Shown piece after piece: positions 12,601 through 26,019 of a stretch of DNA of 64,000 nucleotides; position 1 is the stretch's first letter, and each line of letters opens with the position of its first letter. The notes under the pieces are model-generated. The model had not been told where the DNA came from, made no database searches, and worked only from the letters and a program-made list of their open reading frames with translations. The position numbers and the translations under genes are program-made. The DNA comes from Protoeuglena noctilucae (lineage: Eukaryota). The DNA lies in contig OY253670.1 of assembly GCA_958009085.1 (NCBI GenBank), positions 1,426,001-1,490,000 of the forward strand, read 5' to 3'.

Positions 12601-15600
12601 AGAGGCCCAGCATGGCCGGGTGCTGGAGCTTGTTGATGACCAGGAGCGGCGGGCGAGGGTCGAGGGTCACCGCCACGAGCAGCTGCCCGTGAGCGGCGAC
12701 GGTGCGCACCACCGCCACGGTCGGGGGCGCGGCAGGGCGGCGCAGCGACACGCGGACGGGGTGGGCGGGGTCGAGGCGCACGGGGACGGACCACAGCGCA
12801 GTGGAGGAGCTGTGCGGGGCTACGTCCCCACCCACGGCGACCTGGATGAGGAGATCCCAGGGGGCTGCAGCCACGGAGCGCGGGGAGGGTCGCGGCCACA
12901 CCAGGAGAGGCTGTGGGGCTTCACCGAGGGGGAGGGCGACGGATGCGCCTGCCACGAAGGACCCCCCGAGGACGCGGATGGGCCCGGGGGCGGCTGCGGG
13001 GCTGCCGGGGGAGAAGACCTCCGACGCCGATCGCAGGAGGGGAGCCATGCCACCTGGGCCGCTCTTCTCAGAAGCCGACCGGGGGTGGACGCCGCCCTCT
13101 CCCGGCAACTCTGAGGTGCTGGCAGCGGAGCGTTGCGGCGGCTGCACCGCGCTGCCGGACGCAAGCTGGGCGTGCAGGCCCGCACTCACGCTCGCCGGCC
13201 GCGCCATGTTCGCGGGAGCACTTTCCACAGCGCGCACCAGGGGCCGGACGCGCAGCCGGACGTTGCCAGAGTGCCCGCTGGATCGGTCCGTGGTGTCCGC
13301 GCACGACACCCGGGGGCCCAAGACGACCGTCCGCCTGCTCGGCACAGCGCCGCTTGCAGGGGAGCCTTGGCCTGCATCGTCGGTGGTCGACGCAGCGCGC
13401 CCGAGCGAGTCCGGGTCCAGCTGAGCCGCCGCTGCTGCGTGACGCCAAGCATCTCTGGTGTCCGCCACCTCCGTCAGCCCCAGCAGCACGGCCTCCCCGT
13501 TAACGGCCGCCGCAAACGCAATCCCCGCCTCATCCTGCTCGGCGAGGCTGAGCCCGTATCGACCCCCCAGTGCATCGGCCCACTCCCTAGCCGGCACCAG
13601 TGCGGCGAACCGCCGGGCGCGGCCGGCATCCGCCCCATCGGGCGTGGATATCTCCAGCATCACATGCGGGGCCGTAGCGGCACCGAGAGCAGGGAGCGCC
13701 TTCTGGCATGGGGCCCCTGCCAGCAGCACCGAAGCTCCGGTGGCCATCCCTCTCCCTCCTCCGTCGCCTTGCCCGGTCTGCCCCGCGCCCATGAGCGTCA
13801 CCCTCATGGGCAGGCCCGTCTGATTGAGGGCGGTGAGTGACGGGGTGACGCTGAGGACCCACGGAGAGGGACCCTGGGCCATCATGGCACGCAACTCCAG
13901 CATTGCCAGCACGTGTCTGTCGATGCCGTCGCTGCCCTCTCGCGACACGGGCACGACGACTTCGGACCAGCGCACGCACGCCCCCTGCGCCCGCGGCTGC
14001 AGGGCCCCCACGCCAACGTCCTCGGACCACACCCCCGCCGCTCCCCCGGGCGCCCCCCTGCCATCGCCTTCCCAGAAGCTGACCGCGACACGCATAGTCT
14101 CGTTGGCAAGGCTGATGCCGGGCGGCAGAGCCAGGGCAGCACCCGGCTGCACCCACACCTCGCTTGGCTCGCATGTGCCAGGCCCCTCGCCCGTTGAGGT
14201 CCGCAGGCCCAGCCAGGAGGGGCCCGCGTTCACTGCCCAGGCCATGCCCGTCACGGCCACCAGGGCCTCCACCTGCTCTGCTGCGGTGTCGCAGGCGCGC
14301 GGGTCTGGCCTGTTCGCCGCACCAAGGATGCCCTGCCCTTTCCCCGGGGGGTAGACAAAGCACAGGGCCGGTCCCAGGCCGTGCGCCCACGCGCGCCCTC
14401 CCCCGATCGCCTGCACCCAGTCCAGCTCTTGTGGCTGCGACCCCTCCACCGCGACGCCGATCCTCGTCGCCTCCACAGCCCCGCCCGCCACCAAACGCAG
14501 CGCCGCCGCCGCCATCCCCAGCAGTGCCGGACCATCCTCCCCAGGGCCATCCCGGGTGCGGCTCCCCGCCCTGCGCCGCTGGGTCTCCAGCCATGGGCAC
14601 TGCCCCGGCCTCGCGGGGTCGCCGCGCCACCCGGGCAACACGCCGACAGACTCGCCCGGTGCCAATGCCACAACGGTGCCATCGCCCTGTCCCTCGCCCT
14701 CCAAGCAGGCAGGGTCCCCGTTCTGCACCCCACGGGTCAGATAGCCCAGCAACCCACGCATGTGGACCGCCACGCTCCCCGCCGTGGTGTTGCTGACCCT
14801 CAGGCCACCGCCCACCGTGACGGTCACGCAGGGCCCCTGTCCCCCGCTCGTGGCAATGGACGCCATCACCCAGTGCCCCTGCCCGCAGTAGATGGACGTC
14901 AGCGTCACGCCATCCACGTCACAGGGCTCCACGGCTTCCCCTGCCAGCTCCCAGGCATCCGCCACGCGAGCGGTGGCCCCCGGCGCCCCACCGGCCCCCA
15001 GTCCCACGACGCGCAGTCGCCGGGAGCAGGGCTCGTCGGCGAGTGACCAGTGGAAGTCGATGGCCTGCCGGGGGCGCACGACGCGGCTGAGGTGCGTGGC
15101 GCCCTCCTGGGCCACCGCCACGGCGACCGGCAGCGCATTGACGACGCGGACGGGGGCGGGGACCAGGGGCGACACGCACCCGTCCGCAGAAGAGTCCGCC
15201 GAGAGGTGAGGGCTCGTGGCGGTGTGCGACGGCGGTGGCGCCCCGAACGCAGCCAGGACCGACACAGCCCTGCGCAGAGCGTCGACGTGGCGCGTGCCCA
15301 CCAGCACGGTCAGGGGGTGGCCGGGCAGGCCCACGCGCACCGCCCACCCGAGCTGGGACGGGGGCGGCCGCGGGGCCAGGACGGCCGCGGGCGTCGGAGG
15401 GTAGTACCCAAAGCCGGCGTCCCCTTGGGGTGCATCCGTGGTGGCCGGGTCGTGGGCGCTGGCCACGGCGGCGGTGGCTGGGGAGGGGCCCTTGAGGGGG
15501 GCGTCGATGGCGCAGTAGGGGGGGTTGTTGAGCTCCGCGGAGAGGCCGAGCGTGAAGGGGCGGGTGAGGGTGGTGGCGGCCACGCAGCCCGGAGGCAGGG

Positions 15601-18600
15601 CGTGGGCGCACGTGTCCGCGCTGGCTGACAGGGTCACGCGGCCGGTCCCCCAGTGAGTGAACTCGAACCCCATGGACGCGCCCTGCAGCGAAACGGCATC
15701 GTGCAGGACAGTCCCGGTGCCGGGGACGCCGGGGACAGGAAGAGGCGCCGTCATGCGCAACGTGTGCCGGTCGCAGAGGGCCGTCATGGCGAAGTTGGGG
15801 GAGATGCGGCCCAGGCGCGCCACCTGCCCGGGGTTGACGAGCGTGGCGGGCAGCAGCTCCTCGGGCGCCACGTCTGCGCTGCCGGGCCAGGCCAGGCACC
15901 AGGAGAGCGCGGGGAGGGGCGAGGCGTGGACCGGCAGCGGGTAGGGTGCAGCGCTGGCGGAGGGGTCCGGGGAGGCGAGGGGCGATGGGAGGAAGATGTC
16001 GTAGGGAGGGGCGGCGTCTCCTGCCAGGGGCAGGGACCGCGCCACACGTACAAGCTGGAACTCTGCGGGGGACAGAGATTGAAAGTTTGAGAGCGCTGCA
16101 GGGACAGCAGACCACGGGGGGTGCAGGCGGGCGCAGGGCATCCCATCACCTTCCCACCCCGCATGCCAGCCACGCAGTGTCGCTGCCAGTGCCGGGGCAT
16201 TCCTTGGGCCACTCGTTTGCAGCAGCCTCGCTGCCACGTCCGCCCGCACGGCCACGACGCATACGGGGCGCTCGGTGACGTAACTCCACGCCAGCCGGCA
16301 TAACCCGCGGGCCTCACGGGACCGGTGCATGATCACGCGCAATGGCGGGGCTCGGCCCCCGGGCCACGCCGCCCCTCCGCGGCCTTCGTCTTCGCCACCA
16401 GCCCCGTCCGCTCCACGCAGCAAGTCGCTCCTTTCCGCAAAGTCCCCGCCCTCTGCCCTTCCCTGGGGGGTGTCACTTCCGAGCGAGAACACCCCCGCCC
16501 TCAGGTCGTCCTCCGCCCCCTCCCCCGTTATCAGCTCCGACACCCACAGCAGCTGCCGTGCCCCCAGCGCCACGCCGTTCGCCCCCGCCTCCGCCCGCAC
16601 CTCCTGCAGCCTCGCGAGCTCCACGTCCGTGCGCGCCAGGCCGTAGATCGTGGGCGCCACGAACAAGGAGCCCGCGGGGTCCCGTGCATGGCTGAGGCGC
16701 TTGGTCACGTTGATTGCCGTGTAGCACGCCTCTGTCACGGTCGGGACCACATCCGGCGACACCCCCAGGCGCACGGCGGGGGCGTGGATCGCCAGGTGCG
16801 TCTGCCGGGGCGCGCCGTGCAGGCGCACCGTCGCCGAGACGCGGCTGGGCTCCACAAAGAGCTCCCCGTGCCGTGGGGACCGTGCCGCGCGCACCACCGC
16901 CCACAGCGCCTCGGCATCCACCCGGGCCCACACTCCGGGGTCGCCCTCCAGCACCCCCGCCAGCCACGCGCGCATCTCGCGATCGGAACAGGAGGCGCTT
17001 TCTTGCTCCGGCCTGGCCGGCGCGGGGGGCGAGGGCACCTGGCGCACGGACAGCGACCGCGCGTGCAGGGAGAGCGACCGGGCAGGGGTCAGCAGCGGGC
17101 ACGCGCGCAGCTCCTCGTTGCTGGCTGCTGCGTCCCGGATCTGCGCCGCCGTCATGCCCTCGTACCGCCCCTCGTCCTCCGGTAAAGCGCGCAGGCACAT
17201 GTCCAGCTGCCCCACGTTTACGCAGGCAGTGAGGGCGAGGGGGGTGGGGCGCGGCGGGGCCGGCCCAACCACAGGTCTGGGGGGCGGGAGGAGCAGCCCG
17301 AGGGACAGCAGGACGTGGTCGTCGATGGTCGCAGCCACGTGACCCGCACGCATGTCGACGGTCCCGGATGCGCGGGGGGCGGACGCGGCAGGTTGGGCTG
17401 GACGCGGGAGGTAGTGCCGAGTCACGTCTTGGCTGGAGCGGAACGACCACTCGAGGCCCGGGGAGAGCGAGGTAGGGGTAGTCTTGGACGTTTCTGGAGA
17501 CACCCCCACCCGCAGCAGCCCCACCTCGCCCAGGGCGGGGTCCGCAGCGCACACCGCCACGGCCTCCACGCCGCCCACCGCAGCCTGGTGGGTGCTCTCC
17601 TCGTGCACCACCCCGCACGCGGCGCATGCAGGACAGCATTGGCAGGGCGCTCCCAGCGATGGGGCCCTCGTTTGGCGGAACGTGACGTCCGACACGCGCA
17701 CCCTGACGCAGTCCGCCAGGCCCCACCGGCTGCCGACCGCCCCTGCTGCCAGCCCCGTCGCGCGCTTGGGCGACATGACGGCTAACGCCCCGTGGATGTC
17801 TGCCGCCGGCCCCATGTGGATGCGCGCCTCCACGACAGCCACGGCCAGGGAGAGGCGGGACGTGCAGGATTCCCCAGATGCGAGGGTGGCAGCGTGGGTG
17901 ACGTCCAGGGGTCTCAGGGACCCAACGTGCTCAGCAAGGGTGGCCGCGTGTGGGTGCGCCTGCAACTCTGCAGTGAGAGGCCCAGGGCCACCCTTGCTGG
18001 GCAGGCAGCGGGTCAGGGTCTCGACGGCACTGGACTGGGCGCGCCCGTACTCGAGCAGCACTTGCTCGGCGGTCCAGGACTGGACGCTCGTGGCCACGCG
18101 TGGGGATGCGGGGGAGGACTCGGAGAATGAGCTGCCGGAGAGGCCCTTGGCGGTCACCAGAGGGAGCCAGTTGGACTCTGCAGATGCGGCAACAAGCATC
18201 GCGTCCCATGATGCATGTGGCAATGGCCAAGGCACTGATTGCGGTGCGCCCCGCTCACCCTGCGCCCCGTTCCCGACATCCACGCGAACGCTCTGCACTG
18301 CGAAGTCCACGGAGCCCGGCTGGTCCCCCGCGGCCAGGGTCAGCCCGGCGAGCTCCACACGCGTCTGGGCGACCCCCGGATCCGCAGCGACCTCGACCGG
18401 CGCCGGCACCATGAGCTTCAGCGATGAATGGTCGTTGGACTGGTGTCGGACTGCAAAGCCGCCCCCTGCCGTCCCCTTCCTTGACAGAGCGACGCCTAGG
18501 GCCGGGGCACTCGCAGGCTCGCTGGGGGCCACTCCGTTTCCACCCCCTGCCACGCTGGGACGGGGGGGGGCTGTCACTGGCTCAGTCACCGCCTCGATGC

Positions 18601-21600
18601 TCAGCCGGTCCAGCGCCCCGCTCCATCCGGTTCCCTCTCCCCCCACACGGCCCGTCACCCGCAGAGGGCCCAGGCGGACAGCCACACGGCCACCCGTGCC
18701 CTGGGACCCCTCTGGCCCCTCCTGGCGCGGCCCATGCCGCGGACCCTGTTGCTGGCATGCCTCCACAAACAGAGCCCTCCTCGAGCCCCTCACGGCTCGC
18801 AGCGCCCCCAGGCCCGCCACGACCGCGCCGAACTGCGCCCCTCCTAACGCCCCTTCCCCAACGAAGAGCTCCCACCGCCCCACCTGCGCTTCGACATGTA
18901 CAGCCGGCGCGCCCGGTACCCTCCGCGCCTTGACGACCAGCGAGGTCTCGCCGGACAGGGGCACGGAGGCGGCTGGCACCGCACTCGCAAGAGGGTCTCC
19001 GGGAACCCAGTGGGGCGGCAGAGCGGGCCACATGGCCAGGGCCACCCCCGCCGCTTGCAGGGACGACGCCATGGGCCGCGCGGGGCCGTCCGAGTCGAGG
19101 TACCATGACAGGCCGTGGGTGACGAGGGCCGCAGCGGGGGTGGCGGCCGTGTGCCTGGCGGCCACGCAGACCTCAAAAGAAGCGACGCGCACGTCCGCAG
19201 AGAGGGCCCCCGACAGCGCGGCCGACAGCGGCGAGGGGGCCGGGGGGTTCGGGGCATGCGGATGCCGAGGGGGCGCGGGCAGCCCGGCAGGCCCGGCAGG
19301 CCCTATACCCTCAGCAGCGCCGGGCCACGCGCCGCGCCCCGCCCCGCCAGGCACGGGCGATGGCAAGCCTGCGTCCTGAGTCGCCACGTCGCTGCGCCAC
19401 GTGCACACGTCGCTCCATGCGTCTGCAAGCGCATCTGTAGCCCCCGGGCGGCAGTGCAGGGCCACTCGCCCCAGGCGCACGCCCGCCGTGGCACGAGACC
19501 CGGGCGACGCACGGAGCGACACCTCGGCGGCCCAGGCGCCCGGGGGGTGCTCGGAGGGCGCGCCGTGCCCCGAGCGTGGCTCTTCGGGGGTCGCGGTCTC
19601 CGCACCCTGCGCCACGCCACCCCCTCCACCCCCCGTGTCGTCTGCTGCGCTCAGGACCAGCAGAGGCCGCAGGGCCCTCCTCGACGAGGGGTCCTCCAGC
19701 ACATGCACCAGCCGCACCACGCCGCCGCTCGACACCACGCACGGCAGCGGAGAGTCCTCCAGCCACACCACTTCGTCCACATCCCCAGGGTCGGATCCCG
19801 CCTGCGCCTGTGTGCCCTCTCCACCGCTGTCCTCGCCCTGCATGCATGTGGCGCCTGCTCCGCCACCCCCCGTGCAGAAGGGGAGCGACAGGACGGCCAG
19901 GTGCCCCAATCGCGCCGACACCGCCTCCAGGCCCTGAGGAGGCACGTCGACTGCACACGACAGCTCCGATGCCTCGACAGCCGCGGCCAGCACGTAGCGG
20001 GGGGTGCTGACATCGCTGCGCGGGGATGCCCCGGTGGGTGAGGGCGCCCCGCTGCTGGCCGGAGAAGCAAGGAGCACCGAGAGCTGGGCGATGCGCAGGG
20101 ACCCCCGGTAGTGCTGGGGGGGTGGAGGCTCCTTGGCCGAGGGCAGAGGCGGGTCTGGGAGCGAGAGCTCGAGGTACATTGTGGCTCGGCTTGTGCAAAG
20201 GCGCGCATCGCCCGCAGCCGCCATGCCCACCCCTCACCTTCGGCTTGCAGGTAGCTTGTCCACAGAGACCAGTAGCTGGCAGCGTCGGAGGGAAGCCTCA
20301 CCCCTCCAACCTTTCGCTCCTCTCTCTTCCCCTCTCCGCTCCTCCGGAACCACCCCCCCTCCCGCTTCGGCTCGTCCCCACTCCGGCGCATCGCCCAGCC
20401 GCCCTCCCCGCGGCCACCCACCATTTTCTTGAACCATCCGCCAGCCCCCCCAGGAGTGCCCACGCCCACCCCCGCTGCCTCCCCCATGGCATCATCCACG
20501 CCAGCGACGGCCCCCCTCTGCACTCCCTCCCCCAAGGCATCGAGGGCAGCGGCCGTGACCCCGTCCCCCGCAGCCTCGCCAGCCCGGCCAGGCGGGGACG
20601 TAAGCCCCGTATCCCCCGCCTCAGATTGCCTGCCCGTCCCCCCATCGGTCGCTGCCACGAGCAGCAGCCACAGTGCCTGCGCCTGGTCGGTGGTGGCGCA
20701 GAGGGACAGGCGGTCCAGCGCGACGTCCACGACCGTGCAGGCATCACCAGACACCTGAGGGGCGAGCGGGAGACACGGAATGAGGCGACAACGCTGCGGA
20801 ACATTCGCGGTTTCCCACAAACACACGGCCGCTCGCCTTCTTCCCGGGCAAGGCCAGCTGCAGCGTGAGCTCCCCCAAGGCGAGGACATGCCCACCCATG
20901 CGCGAGGCCCGCAGCAGGCGGTCGGGGGCCAGCCCCGGCAGGCGCGGCGCCCTGGCCAGCGACAGTGGGTCCACTTGCAGGCTGCGGGAAGAGAAGGGGC
21001 GCAACCTCAGCGACCCACGCCATCGCCTCCGCCCCTGCGCAGCGGCTTTGCCCGACCGAGACGCACCTGACCGTGGCTTCCGCGACGCGCACAGCCTTGT
21101 GGAGTCCCTCCCCCGCCCCCGCGTTGTCCACCGCGAGCTGCGGCACCAGCACCACCACGCTCAGCCCCTGGTGGACGATCCGGAGCACCAGGTTGCTCAC
21201 GGACACCTCCATGCGCCGCACGACGCTCGCGACGGCGTCCGCGATGCCGAACCAGGACAGCGACGAGGACCCCGCGGCCGGTGGGACCGGGGGGCGCGGG
21301 GGAGGGTCCTCAAACAGTGGGGCAGGGGCTCCGTCTGCGGGCTCGGAGTGGCGCCGCTCGCCCTGCCCATCTGGCCCCCGGGTGGTCTCGAGCACCACCT
21401 CGACGTTCTCCAGGTGCACGCGCGTGGGCTGCGTGGTGACGGCCGTCCAGGGGATGTCCAGGCGCAGCGTCCCCGCGAATGCGCGGACGGGGGCCAGGGG
21501 CAGGCCGTGCAGGAGGCTCTCGACATCCAGCTCGAGGTTCTGGAGCACGAGGTGACCCCCACGCAGCGACGCTTTCAGGTTGGCCGCGCTGGTGCCTGCG

Positions 21601-21756
21601 GTCAGCGGGGGAGGGCGTGACACGGGCCAGCAGAGGCAGGGGCGGTGTGCCCGGTGGGGTGCAGCTCACACCTGAGGACCCGCCAACCCGCTTGACGTAC
21701 TTCGACAGCGCCCGCTGGATAGCGAACGTCAATGCTGCACGGGCAACGAGAGGCAT
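9700..21756 (-). CDS. VPS13: VPS13 family bridge-like lipid transfer protein (VPS13B-like)
   Basis: Chorein-N domain (LSKYVK...GHLVLQNLEL...GTLRLDIPWT...VHLENVEVV), VAB-like repeats (VVNALP, VSNTT, ALNQTG, VINKL) and an ATG2_C-like end (VLGSADLILNPAGLVAGLTRGVSDMVALP). It has ~5 introns and one ~9-kb exon. Confidence 0.88.
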
Positions 21757-22339
21757 CTCACATCGCCCCGCGCACGCTGGGCTCGCTCGCATCCATGTCG
21801 CACCCATGCGCCTCCCGCCCTTACCCGTTGTCACGATCGACTCCATGTTTCGTATGTACGAGAACTGCGACTATTGCAACGGCCCTGTCAAAGGGCGACC
21901 CCCCGAACCAAGACCCAACGCTGGTCCAGCACCCATGGGGCGTTGCAGGCGAGGAAAACCTAAGTCGCTGGCAACATTGGCCACAAAGACGCGATTGCGC
22001 GACGCGAGGCGCGGTGTGCCTTCAAGGCGTCATGAATTTGCTTCGCGAAAACACGGTACAGGGCGCAGAGGGCCGGGACGACGGGAAATGCGCGCCCACT
22101 TCCAGGGCCGCTCGCCTCGCTCTAGGTAGAAGCACCCTGCGTCCCGAGAGGGCCATTATCTGCGACGTTCGAGCAATTCCTGGCGAAGTTCTGGCGACAG
22201 AACGCGGGGCAGCGACTCCTGGAGGCTTTTTGGTGCAACTTGGCTAGGCACGGCGTGCCATCGAACTAGAGCACGCATCAGCTCGCGCTCGCGAACATCG
22301 ATGGCGGCCTCAGGTCCGCAGAGCTTATCGCGCGTCCCG

Positions 22340-23349
22340 ATGGGTTCCTCTCCACGCGTGCTCACGCTGGTGAGGGCAGGCCTCGCGGAGTTGCTCTGTT
22401 CCTCGCCATCTGCGCGTTCTAACGGTTTGCGCTCGGATTGTGCTCTGCAGGTACGCCACGGACAAGGCTTCCACAACGTTGCTGGGTGAGATGCGCTCCA
22501 GAGCCTCGAGTCGACCATCGAGCGGGTCGCTCTGCCGCGGATTGATCGATGCGGCAGGGTGGCCCTGCCCGCAGGGAGCAGAACTACGCGAACTACAAGT
22601 TAGAGGCGTATGCGGATGCGCACCTGACGCCAAAAGGCTGGGCGCAAAGCCTGGCGCTGCGGGACCACATCCGCACGACCGGGAGCATCCCGGACGCAGT
22701 AGTCGTGAGCCCACTCACTCGGACCCTGGAGACGGCGGCGGGGGCATTCGGTGGGCCAGCGCTGGGCGACGATGTCTCCGCCGCCGTCCTCATGCGGGGC
22801 CAGAGCGCTCTGGAGGGCCGGCGGTCGCGCTGCCCCGGGTTCGTCCTGGCGCCCGACGGCCCCCGCCGCTTCGTGGCCCAGGAGCTGTGCCGGGAGGGCT
22901 ACGGCCTTCACCCGTGCGACCGCCGGAGCCCGGCGTCGGAAGTGAAGAGGGCGTTCCCGGGAGTCGCAGACTGGATGTCCGGTTCCGAGGCGCTGCCGGA
23001 GGAGGATCTCCTGTGGTCAGCGGAGTCGCGCGAGTCCCCCGACAGCGTGGAGGACCGTGCCCGCCGCTTCTTGGCGTGGCTGGGGTCGGTGGAAGGCAGC
23101 CACGTGGCGGTGGTCAGCCATGCAGAATTTTTGGGCACCCTCTGCTACGTGCTTGCGCGGCACGCGTCTGACGCGCGGCACGTGGAGGCGCTCACGCGGG
23201 AGTTCCGCAACTGCGAGATGCGCCGGGTCGTGGTGGAGGGACTCGGGGGGGGCGGGGGTGAGATGCTCGTCAGGTGGGCAGACGCGGCTGGCAGAGCTGC
23301 GATGGCCACCCCGGCAGACGGGAGAGGCACACGATCTGTTCATGGGTAA
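22340..23349 (+). CDS. Phosphoglycerate mutase-like histidine phosphatase
   Basis: Motifs are L|VRHGQGFHN, DAHLTPKGWAQ, VVSPLTRTLET, HPCDRR, VAVVSHAEFL and FRNCEMR. Two GT-AG introns near the start. Confidence 0.9.
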
Positions 23350-23507
23350 GCGTCGCTCCTCACGCCCCACCCCGCTCGGCGCAGGGTGTTGGAAGAGGGC
23401 TTCCCCGGGGGACTCGAGTGCGTCAAGGAGGGGAGGGCCATGGAGATGGAGTGGGAGGTTGCGTGCTAGTGTCACTTGCGTCACTTCAATCTCCGACCGT
23501 GTGAGTC

Positions 23508-25790
23508 TCACAAGATGGGCTCTGCGCCGTTCCAGTCCACCTGGGCGTCCGGCCACCGGGTCTCGATGACGAACTCGAGCGGCGGCGCCCCCCACGCCTC
23601 GCTGGCCGACCGCCCCTCGGCCGTGTTGCCCGACCGCGCGCTGTGCCCGCCGCCGGGGCTGGCGCTGAGCGTCAGGCGGATGGCCGCGTCCTGCCGGGCC
23701 AGCTGGTCGTAGTACCACAGGCTGAAGGGCAGTGCCCCCGCTATGGCGCGGTCCCGGTCGTCCGAGAAGAGGACCGTGTAGTGGGACTCGGCGCACACGA
23801 CCCACACGGGGCACTGGGGCCTCTTGAGGAACGACCCCACCTCGGCGTTCATGTACCACTCGTAGAGCATGAGGAAGCCCACGCGGCTCTGCCTGGGGCG
23901 CAGGCACCGCATGGGGCGGCGTGAGCGCGTGGGCGGGTGGCAGCATGGCATGGAGGCTGGGCTCTTCAGGGCCCCGGACGGCGGCGCCCCTCGCCTGCCG
24001 ACGCCATGCAGCGCCATCCCGTCGAGGTCGCGGTCGCCGTCGAAGCAGTTGGTGACCGCCTTGCCCACCAGCAGCAGGTTGACCAGGTCTTGCGCGCAGT
24101 AGTTGTGCCGTGTGGACAGACCCGACGAGGGGTCGTCCATGTCCCGGAACAGAGCCGACAGGCCGCGGGACAGGACCTGAGGGCGCGGCGTGCGGGGCAG
24201 GGGGTGGGCTGCGGCAGCTAATAGAGTCGCCCAGGTGTCATGCGGACGGGGCACCGCACGCACCGCAGACATGACGACAAGCACGACCCCGTGCCCTCTC
24301 GGCTCCATGACCTGGTCCATCCACTGCACCACAGCGGCGTCCAGCGCCGCTCGCGTCGGGCATGCCACCTTGCGGGCGCTGGCGAGAAGGGCGGGGAACG
24401 ACAGGCCGGCCGTCGATGCGGCCGTCGACAGCACCACTGCGAGAGAAAGTGACAGTTCCAATTTTCGGCTCAAAAAAGCATCCAACCCATGCCGCGCCGT
24501 GCCCGGCTTGGGGTCCCACCTGTGGCGCGGCGTCCCGACCCCGCCTGCCACAGCACGTACGACAGGGCCGCCGCCAGCAGCTCGCGCCGTGTTTCGTCGG
24601 AGGGATCCAGGTCGAAGCGGCCGTCCCGGTCAAACATGCCGGCCAGGAGGTGCGCTTGCAGGGCCGCCAGCACCCCGCACGGCCCGCCCTCCTGCTGCTC
24701 GAGCCCAAAGCGCAGCGTGGGGCGGTCGCAGAAATAGACGCCCTGGACCCAGGAGGCTGGCGGCTCCCCCCCGCTCACGCCAAACACCGTCTCCCGGATC
24801 CCCGCCACCTCCTCCGGAGCGAGTGGGGAGGCGTCCGGCATGGCAGGGGGTCGAGCCCGGGCGGCGTCCGGCATGGCCCCAGGGACGCGGCGCTGAGGCA
24901 TCGTGGCTGCTGCGAGCGGGAGGGGGGATGCAGTCAAAGCCGGATATCAGCAGCAAAGTGCCCGAGGGAGTGGCCCGGCACCAGCCCACCTGCCGAGCGT
25001 TGCGACGGGCCCAGGCTGAAGCTATCCAGCGCATCGTCCACGTCCTCAAGCTGCAAGTCCCCACCCAGCACCGCGCCCCTGGGCGCCTGGGCTGGGGCGT
25101 GAGGGCGCATGAACGGGGCTGGGGCCCCCGCAGGTGGCGCGCGGGAGCCGACACGGTCCGTCACCCGCGCCGCATGCCGTGGCCCCGTCGGAGCACCACT
25201 GGCTGCAGCGCGCCTGGCCCCTGCCGGGTCATCAAATCCGTCCATGACCACCTGCACACCAGGCGCGCGGGCGGTCCCAGCAGCCGGCTGGTCAGGCCCC
25301 GCGCCGTCCGCCATCGATACCCATGGATCCGCCTGTGCACCCGACTGCGCCCGCGCGCGGATGTCGTCCAGCCGCGACCTCCCTGGCATGCCAGCGCGTG
25401 GCAGCACCGCGTCGTCGCCCTTGCGATCCGAACTTCGCGAAGCACTCTCCTGTAACTCGGTTGCACGCCGGGCGAGCAGCTCCAGGCAACAGGGAACGCT
25501 CCGCTGGTCGCGTTTCAGCACGCGGGCAATGTCCGCGAGGCCCAGCGCTGCGCGGAGGACCTTGGTATCGGAGATGCAATCAGACGAGCGCGGGTTCTCC
25601 GTATCAAATGCTTGGAGCGTGCTCCTGCGGCGCAGAACTGCTAAAAGTGTGGTCCGGGGCGGCACACAATGCTATGGCGCAGATCCGCCACAGCTTGCGC
25701 CGCGATGCCAGGGCAGTCCACGCACCGAAAGCCAGACTTGTGAAGGTATTCGCGGACCAGCGCCTCCACCAGCAGGTGCACCTCAGCCAT
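23508..25790 (-). CDS. MINDY-3/4 family deubiquitinase (FAM188/DUF4205), MINDY4-like
   Basis: N-terminus LVREYLHKSG..TLQAFDTENPR, catalytic-region motifs QQEGGPCGVLA and VCAESHYTVLF, plus QDLVNLLLVGKAV, YYDQLARQ and a C-terminus PPLE.VI.TRWP...VDWNG.EPIL. One GC donor (23994). Confidence 0.88.
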
Positions 25791-26019
25791 GGCGCGTGTG
25801 ACAACTCAATGCCATGCCACGCCTGGCTAAAAGGCCGGAATGTCGTGGAGCGTCGTGTATGGAATGCGGTGAGAGGAATTGCGTGCAAAGGCCAGTATGC
25901 GTCAGAATGCATGTGCTCACTCACTGGCGCACTCGTGCTCGGGTGTGTTTTCAATCGTGGATGGGATATCTCAGCATACTGCATAGCGACATGGCCGGAG
26001 AAATTCGGCCAAAGCACCC

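Noticed and set aside
17484..19379. Long plus-strand ORFs antisense to VPS13, and similar ones elsewhere (e.g. 27417-29234, 35876-37501)
   Set aside because: They are mirror or off-frame ORFs expected at very high GC, with no motifs and R/P/A/G-rich composition.
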